Source of the DNA: Azolla caroliniana
Taxonomy: Eukaryota > Plantae > Polypodiophyta
Direction of reading: 5' to 3'
Assembly (NCBI GenBank): GCA_043228905.1
Contig: JBHGNT010000006.1
Coordinates: 12,338,001 to 12,402,000, forward strand
Length of the DNA: 64,000 nt
The notes beneath the pieces were generated by a model. It saw only the letters and a list, made by a program, of their open reading frames with translations, was not told where the DNA came from and did no database searches. Below are positions 25,901 through 39,001 of this stretch, one piece after another (positions within the stretch are counted from its first letter, which is position 1; the number at the start of each line of letters is the position of its first letter). Both the position numbers and the translations under genes were made by a program.

Positions 25901-28900
25901 AACGTTAAGGGGAGGGAAGAGAGAGAGAGAGAGATGAAAAGAGAGATAGATAGAGAGAAATGATTCCTTTTTCATTCATTCCCCATAAGGGGGTTAAATA
26001 GTACAAGAGGGGGTAGATAGAAAGGGGTGTAAGCCCCCTAGAGCATTCATACTGGACAGTCACTCATACCTCCTCGTATCCATCCACATGCACACAAGTG
26101 TGCATGTGTTCACATACGTATCGACTCACAATTACATTTATGCCCCCTACACATACACAACAACATTATGATAACATTCGACCCTCGCTCATCACACTTG
26201 ACTCTCCGTACATCTCGTACGAGGTAACACGGAGAGCCGGATGGTGCAGACCCGGTGAGGAGTGCTCACCGGATGAAGAGACATATTCCTAAATATGTTT
26301 CTGAGAGTCCATCATGGCTATATTTGTAAATAGCCCAAAAGTCATATTAGTATAAATATGACTTAGGGCAAACTTATGTAAAGTTGTTGTTGTAGTTGTT
26401 ATTCTTGTTGGTGCAAGAAGAGAGAGAGTGTGTAACCGTGTACAGAGAGAGAGAGAGAGAGAACGAGGTTGTTGCCTCTGTTGTAACCGCCGCCTGTGGC
26501 GAAGATCGTGAGCACGAGGTCGTTGCCTCCGTGAACTCACTGTTGTACATTCTAGCATAGTGATAGTTTGTAGCCTATGGGCTACCGTGGTTTTTCCCTA
26601 GTTTGGGTTTTCCACGTAAACATCCTGTGTACTCTTCTCTTCTTTGTGTCGTGCTTTTCATTTCCCGTTTTCTGTGTATGATTCTAAGCTCGGTTGTGGC
26701 CGAGCGTTGCGTATAGGGAGCGTGCAGTTCCCGTCAAGTGGTACCAGAGCGAAACGACATAGAAAATGGACGATTCGTTGGGAGGCATGTTCAAGCTCAC
26801 CGGCTCCAACTATTCGGTGTGGAAGTCGAAGATGAGGGACATGCTCGTGGTTAAAGACCTCTGGCTGCCGGTTCAGTTCGGGGACAAGAGACCGGACAAA
26901 ATCGACGCCGCGATATGGGAGGTGATGCACATGAAGACAACGGCGTACATACGGTGCTTCATCGACATGAGCCTGTACAACAACTTCAATGAAGAGAGCA
27001 AGGCTCATGAGCTCTGGGAGAAGATCGGCATAATGTTTCAAAACAAAAATGTTGTTAATCAGGTTTCGGTATTCCGGAAGCTAGTAAGACTCCGGTACCA
27101 AGATGGCTCCAGCATGGCGGAGCACATGAATGCCTTTCAGGGGCTGATACACCAGGCAACATCATTGGAAGTACCTCTCGCTGACGAGGTACTAGCGCTA
27201 CTCCTGCTCGGTTCCCTCCCGGATAGTTGGGAGACGTTGGTTGTCACTTTGGGCAAAGCCGGGCCGGAAGGAAAGCGAGTATCCCTAGCAAGAGTAAAGT
27301 CGAGCTTGCTAGATGAGGAGGTGCGTCGGAAAGATAAAGATACGAGCTCCGACTCCAATGCGCTCCTTACCAAATCGGAACGTGGAGGACAAAGTAACCG
27401 TAGTCCCCAGAACCGTGAAAAGTCGGGGACACAGTCAAAGTCAAGGGGGAGACCTACTTGCTTCTATTGCGGCAAGCCGGGACACTTCCAGAAGAACTGT
27501 CGGCATTTCCGAAAGGACAAGGAAACCGACGGTACTGATTCGAAGCGGATACCGGACCTGAACGGTAAAGACCGGAGGGGAACGGACTGGAAGGGGACGA
27601 CAGCAATCGCGGCAAGTGAAGAAGAGTTGATGCTCATCACTGAGGAAAGTGAGATAAACCTTGCCGGCGACGAGATGACCTGGGTGGTCTAGTCCGGAGC
27701 GTCGTTCCACCTTACCCCGGACCGAAAATGCGTCTCATCCTACTCAGCCGGTGATCACGGATGTGTCCGGATGGGGAATGAAGGTATATGCCGAATTGTC
27801 GGCATAGGAGACGTGTGGCTAACAACACCAACCGGATGCAAGTTGTTGCTGAAGGATGTTCGACATGTTCCGGAGGTTTGTCTGAACCTGATATCAGCCG
27901 GTCGGCTAGATGATGAAGGCTACACGGGTAGCATCCGGAACGGTGTCATGAAGTTTAGCAAAGGGAGCCTGATTGTGGCTCGGGCCCGGAAGGTCAACAC
28001 ACTGTACCTGATGAATGCCCGGTTATGTCCGGAAGAAGTGAACGTGGCATCCGACACTGCCGGTGAGCTGTGGCACAAGAGGTTGTGTCATATGAGTGAG
28101 AAGGGGATGAAGAGGCTTGCTGACGACAACCTCATTCCAGTGAAGAACGTGCACTTGGAGAAGTGCACTGATTGTCTGGCCGGTAAGCAAAACCGGACCT
28201 CCTTCCGACCAAGGCCACCGATGAGACGTAATGCACCACTGGAGTTGGTGCATACGAATGTGTGTCAAGTAGACACGAAGTCACATGCCGGAGCGCAGTA
28301 CTTCGTGACGTTCATAGATGACCACAGCCGGAAGCTGTGGGCCACACCGTTGAAGACGAAGGATCAGGTGCTATCCGTCTTCAAAGAGCTCCACGCGAGA
28401 GTGGAAAGAGAAACCGGCCGGAAGCTGAAGGCGGTTCGAGCAGATAACGGAGGAGAATACCGGGGGCAGTTCGAGGAGTACTGCCGCTCGAAGGGAATTC
28501 GGCTCGAATTTACAGTGCGGAAGACGCCAGAAGTAAATGGACTGGCCGAGAGGATGAACTGGACCATAATGGAGAGGGTCCGGAGTATATGCTAGCGCAT
28601 GCAAAACTACCCAAGAATTTTTGGGCTGAGGTTTTGTCGACGGCGACATATGTGATTAATAGATCACCCTTAGTACCCTTGGACGGAGACACGCCACAGA
28701 GAGTATGGACCGGTAAGGAAGTATCCTACCGGAATCTAAAGGTGTTTGGGTGTCTCTCGTATGTGCATGTAGCTAAGGACCGGAGAGGAAAGTTAAATCC
28801 AAAGACTCGGCCATGCATAGTCCTCGGTTACGGTGACGATGAGTTCGGCTACCGAGTGTGGGACCTGGTCGACAAGAAGGTATTCCGGAGTCGAGATATT

Positions 28901-30530
28901 ATCTTCATGGAGGACAAGACGCTCGCCGACTGGGAGTCGGAGAAGAAGATAATGAACTCCGAGTCGACCGGTAAGGATCGACTCTACGATGAGCAGACCC
29001 AACCGGCAAGAGACCGGTTAGCACTCGAGGGACCAGCCAGTTACGGTGAGGATACCGAACAGGCTGAAGAAGAAGTAGAGGAAGCTGAAACCGGAACTGG
29101 CCAAGACCCCAAATCGGATTCGGATGAAGAGCAAATGGAGGAGCTTGTTACCGAAGCCCGAAGACGGAGATATCCTCTCAGAGAGAGAAGGGCACCCCGG
29201 AGATTTCTGGATGTAGAGCATGTTCTGCTGACCGATGAGGTGGAGCCGGAAAGCTTTGAAGAAGCGAAGGATGACACCCACAGCCACAAATGGTAAAATG
29301 CCATGCAGGATGAGATGGATTCCCTGCATGAGAACCATACGTACGAATTGGTGAGGTTGCCGAAAGGAAAGCGGACACTCCGAAACAAGTGGGTGTACAA
29401 GTTGAAACCGGGAGATGCCGGCAACCCCCCGAGATACAAAGCCAAGATCGTAGTGAAGGGGTTCCAGCAGAAGAAGGGCGTGGACTTCGACGAGATATTT
29501 GCCCCGGTAGTAAAGATGACCTCCATCCGGACGGTACTGAGTATAGCGGCAAGCATGGATCTCGAGGTAGAGCAGCTGGACGTGAAGACGGCATTCCTTC
29601 ACGGCGACCTCGAAGAGGAGATCTACATGCAGCAACCGGAAGGATTCATGGAGAAAGGGAAGGAGCACCTGGTATGCCGGTTGAAGAAGAGCCTGTATGG
29701 ACTGAAGCAGGCTCCCCGACAATGGTACCAGAAGTTCGACTCCTTCATGGCCGATCAAGGGTACCACAAGATGCAGGCCGATCACTGCATGTTTGTGAAG
29801 AAGTTTGAAGGAGGCGACTTCCTGATACTCCTTCTGTATGTGGATGACATGTTGATTGTCGGACGAGACCAAGTTAAAATACGAATGCTGAAGAAGGCTC
29901 TCAACCGGACTTTCTCAATGAAAGACTTGGGTCCGGCAAGACAGATGCTGGGGATGCACATCATCCGGAACCGGTCAATGAAGCAATTGTGGCTGTCACA
30001 GGAGAAGTACGTGACAAAGGTGCTTCAGCGGTTCAACATGTCAGATGCGAAACCGGTCGGATCGACACTTCCGGCAAACTGCAGGTTATCCGGTAAGCAA
30101 AGCCCGAAGACGAAAGCAGAGAAGGCGGGTATGATGAAGATTCCATATGCCTCTGCCGTCGGGAGCTTAATGTACGCAATGGTGTGTACCCGACTGGATA
30201 TAGGATACGCAGTCGGAGTGATGAGCCGGTTCATGAGTAATCTCGGCAAGGAGCACTGGAACGCGGTCAAATGGATACTCGGGTACATGAAGGGCACTTC
30301 AAATATGTGTCTCCGATTCGGCTCCGGAAAACCTCAACTGGACAGTTTCACCGATTCGGACATGTCAGCTGATGTGGATACTAGCTGGTCTACATCCGGG
30401 TATGTAATGACATATGCAGGGGGAGCTGTTTCGTGGCAGTCGAGGCTGCAGAAGACGGTTGTGTTGTCAACCACAGAGGCGGAGTACATGGCGGCTGTGG
30501 AAGCCGGCAAGGAAATCTTATGGATGAAGG
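22942..30530 (+). mobile_element. Ty1/copia family A element, 3'-truncated in RNase H, 5' LTR split by element D
   Basis: LTR 22942-23096 plus 26235-26736. PBS TGGTACCAGAGC at 26739-26750. Gag-pol pieces at 26766-27692, 27771-28595, 28589-29296 and 29303-~30530. No 3' LTR. Confidence 0.93.
23097..26229 (-). mobile_element. Complete non-autonomous LTR element D (3.1 kb, no recognisable coding domains)
   Basis: 508-bp LTRs at 23097-23604 and 25722-26229. TSD CGGAG at 23092-23096 and 26230-26234. PBS TGGCGACCAC on minus (25707-25716) and TGGCACGCCCGTGGGA on plus (23610-23625). Strongly purine/pyrimidine-skewed interior. Confidence 0.95.
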
Positions 30531-32694
30531 AGCCAGTAGGGGCAAACATGGGGAGATGTGTCGGGCCGGAAAGGCACACCTGGGGAGGAACAAGAGTCTC
30601 GCAAGTGGCCATCGCGGGCCAGATCGAAGCGTGACTACGGGCGGTGTTCGGCACGGGCGGTGCTGAACAAAGGAAGCGGAAGACGACACAAGGGAGGTGC
30701 CGGGAACGAGGTGACGAGTGCATAGTGGACTGCACAGGGTCGGAGTCAGGGGATGACAAGGGAGTCCGGAGTAGGATCCTCCACCCTCGCTTCGTAGATC
30801 TCGGCAGCTCAGTCAGAGTAGCGAAGACTGACACAGGAAGCCTGGGATGACAAGCAGGTGGGGGCGAGGGGACGACGACAAGCGAAAGACTTAGGACCTG
30901 TAGTAGCAATGCAAGACAGAAAGGGCCAAGCGGGCTACTACGGGGTGTTCCTCGGGTGCGGAGGACACCGGTATGCGGATGAGTGGCGATGCACGATTTG
31001 GCCGGGAAAGGGGCCGATAAGGCGTGCAAAGAACCGGAGTGCGGCACAGGCAGTGCCAAACAATGAATGAGGATATGCGGCACACGGAGGTGTTGGAACG
31101 GAAAGGCGAGCGCGAAGACAGGTTGCACGGTTCGGAGGTAGCGCGTAGAAGGCCAAAGGGGGATCCTCCACACCGTTCCGGAGACCTTGGCGGTCCGAGC
31201 TGACATGGCGACGTAAGACCATGGAGAAGGAAGGTGGATGCGAGAAGACGAAGGCAACGTGAAACAACATGGGACGGCAATCAGGACCATGCGAATGGTC
31301 GACGGAGGCCAGGCGGCCCACTACGGGTGTTCCTCAAGCGGAGGACATCGGGCATACGACGGAGAGCGGGGCGTGCATACGGCTGAATAAGCGCCATCGA
31401 AAGTATGCATACTACGGAGATCGCGGCGAAGGACCCATCGATGGGTCGAACAAGCCTACGGGGAGGTAAGCACGAAGGAAGAACCGAAGCCGACGATTCA
31501 AACCGGCAATGAGCCGGGATGCGGATTACGGTTGACCGGTTTCTCACCGGCCGAAATCTCTCACCTTTCACCGGATTTGGCACGTACCGGTGGACGTGCG
31601 GTTTGGTGGGGGCAGATGTCGTGAAGAATTTCGGCCAGAGGCGGAAACCGGGAAATATTGGCTACATCGGCGGGGTGCAGCATGTGCGCTCACCCTTGTA
31701 CATTTAGTGTGAATAACGAGGGTGCCTTTATGGCGCCGAAGAGTAGTCAAGTCGGGACAGAGGATCCTATGTAAGTCGGGATTTATCCCACATTGTAACA
31801 CATCCCTCTCCTTGTTCTATAAGAGGAAGGGAGCGCCCTTTGTGAAAGGGTTGCTCATTTTGAGTCGTAAGGGACCATTTTGTGCGTTGTTCCTAAGGTT
31901 AGTTACGTTCTTTCCTTCTTTTCTTCTCTCTACTCCTTCTCCTTCTTGGGAACTCGAGCGGCAGCTATGGCGGGAGAGCTATTAGGTTAACTCTTCTTCT
32001 TCTGTGCGTAGCCATCTTGCAGCCGGGGTTGTATCTCTCCCTGTGGTAGGTTGCTTCTACTCGGCCTCCTGTGCAAGACCCCGCTCGGCGCGATGAGCCC
32101 GAGAGCTCCCCGACGGCGGCTTGGCAGCAGACTGCCGTTGCGACCTAGCCCACCTTAGTCCGGCTCGGAGTCGGAGTTGTAACTCACTCTTGTAGTCATA
32201 TATATATACAAGGTTGTGCATATTTGTGTCTCTGTCGGTGTCGGGTGCTTTCCCTTCCCTGTGTTTCCTGTACATAAGAGGCGTGTGTTGTGTCGGTGTT
32301 GCGTGCGTGTTCTCTCCCTCTCTTTCTCTCTCGCATTTGGTAGCCACCGGTACGCATCCGGAATCGCTCCGGTTCGCGCCACAACCAGTGCATCCGGGAC
32401 CGGAGAGAAGTCGGCTTCCGACACTCCCATCACTTCCTTAGTCCGAGACCCCCGTGGTGCCGCCCCTTCTACATGCACACGCGTAACAGCGCGACAACGT
32501 GCCATGTGGCGGCGGTTTAATACCCTATTAATAGGCCACTACGTACCTTTTCAAAGTGCCTGTTCACTCCTTCTTTTTGCATGTGTCCGTTCACTCCTCG
32601 CCCTTGCATGAGTTACTTTGATTTTCTTTGATTTGATTTCTTTTCTTTATTTCTTTTTATTTTTTATTTTTTATTAAGATAATAAATGGTTTTA

Positions 32695-35600
32695 CTAATT
32701 AGCGACCGGTCTCACTGGACCCCTATCCGGATTGTGATCCTTGCCGGACGTTGGACCGCTTGTCGGCGCTTCCGCCTTACCGGTGTCCGGTTCTTTGTCG
32801 CCCTTCACTTGTTCAAATGGGTTTCTTGGCATGTGTCCATTGTATGGTTTGAGTCGGAACCCGTTGACCCATTTACCCAGAACCTCGCCGACGAGTGTCC
32901 CTAATTGGTAGGAACCGTTGAACTCTCGCGTAATCCAGTATGGTCCGGTCCACCGAAACCGTAGCTTTCCTGACATCTTACCCCTCCGGGTCTGGAACAC
33001 GAGTATCGGCTTACCGATGTCGAACATCTTTTCGTTCCCTTTTTGGTGACGATCCATGAACGCCTTCCTTCGCCGCTGCTCTAGTTCTAGGTGCATGATG
33101 CTGGCTAGCCGGTGTTCTTCTAATTCGCACAACGCGTTTAACCGGATAGCTTCCGATTCCTTCTCATTTAGGCGTTCCCGAATCTTTATTCGTAAACTCA
33201 GGACTTGGAACTCTACCAGCATCACTGCTTCTAATCCGAATGCTAAGTGGAACGGTGTTGTGCGGATACTTGTTTTATATGTCGTTCAGTAAGCCCAGAG
33301 TGCACTGTGCAGCTTTGTATCCCAATCCGTCCGGTTCTCATTGACGATTTTCCGCAGGATATTCTGTAGTGTTTTATTTGTTGACTCTACTAATCCGTTG
33401 GCTTGTGGATAATAGGGAGTGCTCCGTTTGTGCACCACCGCATAAAATGTCGTCAAACTTTCCACTACTTGCCCTAAGAAGTGCCCACCTCGGACATCCA
33501 TATCGGCACCCGATGCATTGATATAAAATTTTTGCCCTGGATGCCGCGGTGTTGTTGCGTAGTGCTTTCGCTTCCACCCATTTCGTGCAGTAATCCGTAG
33601 CGATGATCACGTACCGGTTGCCGGTGGTTTGAACGGACAGACAAAATCTAGCCCCCATTTCTGAAATGGTTCTAATGGTAGTACGGGCTGGTGAGGCATT
33701 CTGGCTTGTTCGGTTGGTTGCCCCATTTGTTGACATAGGTCACATTCTTTAGCGTACCGGACTGCATCTTTCAATGTTGTTGGCCACCATAGTCCACTCT
33801 GCCATATTTTCCTTGCCATAGCGTCTCCGGCAAAATGTCCTCCGGCCATGCCACAGTGTGCCTTGCGCAATATTACTTCCTTTTCGTCACTGCGCATTGC
33901 ACGCCGCCATAAGCCATCTGCGCCTTTGTGGTACAGTGTGTCCTGCAATAGACAGAAGTGCCGGCTTTGAACCGCTAAGCGTTTCCTTTCGTCTCTGCTC
34001 ATCTCCTCCGGAGGTAGACCGGTGCTCAGAAATTGGTGCATATTGGTGAGCCACTTGTCTTCCTCTGCGACCGAACTGTCTGTTGTCGTTTCTGCTGTGA
34101 CTCTAAACAGCTATGCATTTGGAAAGTCGTCTAGGACTCCGTCACCGGTTTTGCCGGAATCTAGCCGGCTTAAATAGTCTGCTACTGCATGTTGTATGCC
34201 GGGTCGGTGGAATATCTCGAACTTGAATTCTTGCAGTAGTAACGTCCACCGGGCCAGCTTACCGGTGAGTGATGCTTTGGACACCAAATAGAGGAGCGCT
34301 GAATGATCTATGTGAAAGGAAAATTTCCTTCCCAACAAATAGTGTCTAAACTTGGTGACATTGTAGATAATTCCTAAAGCCTCCCTTTCTGTCGTGGAAT
34401 AATTACGTTCCGCTCGGGACAACTTCCGATTCGCATAATAGACTGGCCGGTACCATTTCAGTGCATCAGTGCGCTCTCGATTGCAATGTCAAACGTGTCA
34501 ACGAACACATGGAACTCTTTGGACCAATCCGGAGGTTGCACCACCGACGCTTGTGACAACAATACTTTTAGCGCCCGGTAAGCCTGGTCTTTTGTGTCCA
34601 TCCATCGGAACAGTGTCCGATGTACTGCGGCATGCAGTGGTGTAGCCAGGTCTGCCAGATACTAGAGCATTCGGCTATGCCACCGAATTTGTCCTGAGAA
34701 CCGGCTTAGTGCCTTTGCCGTGGCTAGTGCCTTTGCCTCCAGGATTGCTTTTACTTTGTCCGGATCCACTGCGATACCGTCCTTGCTAACAATGTGGCCC
34801 AGTAATGCTCCGCTGGTTACTCCGAACACGCATTTTGCCGGGTTCAGGCTTAGTTGGTAAACCCTACATTTTTCTAGGCATAGTCGGAGGTGTTGAAGGT
34901 GATCCCCTTCCTAGCTATAAACAACGAAGTCATCCAAAAACACCTGCATGAATGCCGGAATGAATTCCCCGAAAATTTCCATGATGATCCGTTGGAAGGT
35001 TGCCGGTGCCGTTTTCAGTCCGAACATCATCACTACGACAACAAAGACTCCCCATTCGGTGACAAAAGCGGTTTTCTCCTGGTCGGCGGTGTGCATCCGG
35101 ATCTGATTATAGCCGCTGAAACCATCCAGGAAATTGTACACCTTAAGACCGGCGACCGCATCCAGGACTTCATCCGTGAATGGAAGTGGGAAGGCGTCCG
35201 TTACCATAGCCGCATTCAATTTCCGGTAGTCGATGCACACTCTGATCTTACCGTTCTTTTTGGGTACTACCACACTCCATCGGGTTGAGCCATGTGGCTT
35301 TCTTTACCGGTCGGATGAAGCCCACTCTCAGCAACTTGTTGATTTCTTCTTTGACCTTTGTTGCGTAATTTAGGTTCATCCGGTAACGCCGTTGCGCTAC
35401 CGGTTTGGCGTCTTTGCTCAGATGTATCTGGTGTTGATATAACTGAGGATCGAGTCCCGACATGTCTTCGTAGGACCAGGAGAATACATCGCAAAATTCT
35501 TTTAGGAGTGTGATCATTGCCGTTTTGTTCTCCGAAGTGATTTCCTTGGCGATGTGCACCGGTCTTGTGTCCTCTGTGGTACCTAGGTTTACCTCTTCTA

Positions 35601-38193
35601 GTTGGGGTGCTTTCACGCGTTGTGATACTGCCATTTCTTTTTCCAGTGCCTCCTGTGCTTGCCGTAATTCCCGGATTTCCTCTTTATCCGGTTCCTCTTT
35701 GGTCCCGTTCGGTTGCAGTACGTACGGTGATACTGCTTCGGCTACATCAATCTCGAACAGAGGTACGATCTTTGGATTTTCCTGTAAGTATTGATCGACC
35801 TCTTCGTCCGCCAATCCTTCCAGCATGTTAACACATTCCACATATAGTGGTGTTGATTCCTTGCCGGTACCGGATCGTGGTTGAGTCGGTACTCGTACTT
35901 TCGCTTTTCCTTGCCAGAACGTAATTATGTTCCCCCTCTAGTTTTTCTTTATGTGTGCCGTTTTTAACCAGGGTCGTCCCAACAATAGTGGGTAAGCTCC
36001 CTGAGCTTGTAGCTGGAGAACTACTACGGAAATGCGAAATGTGTGACCCCCGATGGTCACTTCTAGATCGCGTATTAATCCGGTCGGCCGTACTGAGCTA
36101 GTGTCCGCCATCTAAAGCCAAAACGGACACAGTTCCCAGTCCTGGATTCCTAGTGTGTTACACGTTCAGAGGCTGATCACGTTCACGCCAGATCCTCCAT
36201 CGATAATCGTGCTGGGTAGCTCCTTTCCCTTCACGATGGCTGTGATTGTTGGACTGCTTGTGTCCACCACTACCAGTCCTTCCTCCGGATTTGAAAAGAA
36301 TGTCAGAGCCGGTGGTGTGTCTGTTGCCATCCTTCCGGTCTTCAGTCCTTCCGTGAACCGTGGTACCAGTTGCAATAACCGGCCTAACGGCAACGTTATT
36401 TGGCATTCTTGTAACGCCTGCCAGGTTGGGTTTTCGGGTTGCCCCGGCCCGGTGAGCTCTTCGGCATTCTCCTTTTGTTGTTCGAGCTCAGCCGCATTCC
36501 GTTCATTTGCCTTCTTCACCCATTCGGTTGCATGCTTCCGGATGGCTTCTTGAGTTTCCTACTCCGTGGCTTTGCCTTTTGATCTTGTAGTGACCTGTTG
36601 TATGTCCGCGACTTCCGCGTCTACCATGTTCACCGCCGGTCGTTTGTCATAGCTCTTCGCCGGACATTGATTCCTATAGTGACCCTCTTGCCGGCAATAA
36701 TAGCAGTACGGCTTCCGGGCGTTGCTGGATTCAGCATGTGTGCTTGGTGGCGGACCAGGGGCAAGTGCTTGGTTTTGGTCGGGTTGGCTGCCCGGAGTGC
36801 CCTTTTCCGGTTCTTGTGGATGACCCCCCTTTTTGTTGAAATGACGTTTCTTATGGAAATTCTTTTTGGTGTGGTATCCTTGCCGGGGCTGGTCGTCATC
36901 CTTGCCATAGTCATCCCGTCAATGGTTGTAACTAGGGGAGTGATCCCGGTTATATCTTTCATACCGTCCATTATAGTCTCGGTATCTATCCTGTCTATCA
37001 TACCGGTCATACGCGTCTCTTCGGTCGCTATACCGGACATCTTGTGCCGGCCGATAGCGCTCTTCTCACCGCTAGCGTTCTTCTTCTTGCTCCCAGTTGC
37101 TCCGTGGTTCAATATGTTGGACCGGTGGTGCTTGTCGATTTAACAAGTTATACTCACACCGTTCCATTGTGTGACTTCTGGAGTGGCAGAGCAAGCATTG
37201 GGAACACATGGTGCATTCCAGCGCCGAATGTCTGGCATTCAGGCATACCGTACATTGAACTGCTTGTCGGAAATGGAGGTCCTCTTCCATCGGTAGCATA
37301 CGCTACAGTGAGCCCATGGTTAGCCATGAACTCGAGCTTTCCATTTCCCGAACTCGTTCAATCACTTGATCTATGCTGCTGGTGCGGAAATCGATGACGG
37401 TGCACACCGTCCGTAAGGGTTCCCGGAGTGCTGCTAAGAATATGGCCTTTGTTTCTTCCTCCGGTGGTGTCCGGCTGAGCTGACTGTGTATCCACTGGAA
37501 CCGGATGACAAACTGTTGGATGTTCTCCGTTGGTTCCTGCCGGATATTGTAAAATAACCCGACCATTTCCTGCTGGTCCATCTCCTTGTGGAAGAAATGC
37601 AAGAATTTTATATTTAATGTTTCAATCATGGGGATGGTGCTGGGATCCTGTGTTCGGTGCCATCTAGCGGCCGGTTCCTTCAAGGTCATGCCGAACTCTG
37701 CCCATTTTGAGCGTTCCTCTTCGGCTGCATTTAAGCATTGGGACACATGGTTCGCTTCCCATGTCTGCTGAAACTCATGGACGTGGGCTTCCGCATCCGG
37801 ATCATCCCAGTATCTAGGATATTGGTACGGCATATCGTCGTTCGGTGTCGGTACACGGGCTGGCGGTGTCGGTGGTCGTTCCTCCTCTGGTGGTGTCAGA
37901 GGTTTTCCCCGGTCTTCTGTCGCTGTCAGAGGTCTTTCTTGGTCCTCTTGTGGTGTCAGAGGCTTCTCCTCCTCGACTTCCTGTGTCGGAGGACTCTTGT
38001 CATCGACTTCTGGTATCGGAGTTTCCAGCCTTGTCGATTCGGGTTCTGGTGTCGGCAAAGTATCCGACTCCTCGTCCTTTGGTCCGCCTGGGGTGTCATT
38101 ACTACTACGGTAGTTCGTCTGCGTGCTGTATTCCCTATCCGAACCTGATTCAAATGCCGAAAATGCTTTGGATTCGCCTTCCCCCGCTGCCAA
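32695..38193 (-). pseudogene. Non-chromovirus Ty3/gypsy gag-pol (Athila/Tat/Phygy-like), multiply disrupted
   Basis: Gag 38193-~36570, protease IIDGGSGVN, RT (IRVCIDYRKLN, FLDGFSGYNQI, FLDD), RNase H NYSTTEREAL and integrase (HCG..GGH, KWGLDF, YYPQANG, WTGPY). No chromodomain. Confidence 0.93.
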
Positions 38194-38477
38194 TGCCTGG
38201 AGAAGGGATTCTACTTCCTAGAGGCTGCTTAGGCTGCTTCCTTCGTCCGGGTAGGCGTTTTGTGGTAGCCGAAGTGATTCCTTGGCCACTCTCCGGATCA
38301 TTTTCGAAAATGAGTGATCCGCTCTGATTTCTTTTGCCGCTTGCTGGAAAGCCTCTCGCTTCCTCGGCCGTTCAATAGGTCGCCTTGCTCGTTCCGTAAC
38401 CGGGTCATTCGTTGGTCGCGTCATCCATTCCCCTCGCTGTTCGCTGCGATTGTGCAGGAATCGTGGTCGCCAAAAGG

Positions 38478-39001
38478 TGTTATAGGTTTTAGGGTTAGGG
38501 TTAACATTTATGATAATCATGATGATTGATGATAAAGATAGACATGGTGGGTGTGATGACTATGGAGAGTATGATGGTGAGAGAGATCATGAAGAGGTTG
38601 AGAATCATTGAGAAGCATTGCGGGGTGGGGGGTGGTGCCTAGAATGGCTCCACCCCCCTCCCAAGGGGGTTCAACGTTAAGGGGAGGGAAGAGAGAGAGA
38701 GAGAGATGAAAAGAGAGATAGATAGAGAGAAATGATTCCTTTTTCATTCATTCCCCATAAGGGGGTTAAATAGTACAAGAGGGGGTAGATACAAAGGGGT
38801 GTAAGCCCCCTAGAGCATTCATATTGGACACTCACTCATACCTCCTCGTATCCATCCACATGCACACACGTGTGCATGTGTTCACATACGTATCGACTCA
38901 CAATTACATTTATGCCCCCTACACATACACAACAACATCATGATAACATTCGAGCCTCGCTCATCACACTTGACTCTCCATACATCTCGTACGGGGTAAC
39001 A
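38478..39001 (-). mobile_element. LTR D shared between the autonomous gypsy (left) and a non-autonomous D interior (right, 39002-~40460)
   Basis: Homologous to 23097-23604. Minus-strand PBS TGGCGACCAC at 38463-38472 and plus-strand TGGCACGCCCGTGGGA at 39007-39022. Confidence 0.92.

Larger units (their letters stand above)
20467..32496 (+). mobile_element. Gypsy-like LTR element family C (gag only, no recognisable pol)
   Basis: LTRs 20467-21349 and 31617-32496 (TGTCGTG..CGACA). 4-bp TSD ACGT at 20463-20466 and 32497-32500. tRNA-Trp-like PBS TGGTGAACCCAATGTGA at 21354-21370. PPT-like GGTGGGGGCAGA before 31617. Confidence 0.93.

Noticed and set aside
38486-38503. Telomeric TTAGGG repeats
   Set aside because: Only about two units, fixed at the LTR D terminus; not a telomeric array. 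The TTACGG x4 at 804-827 is likewise LTR-internal.
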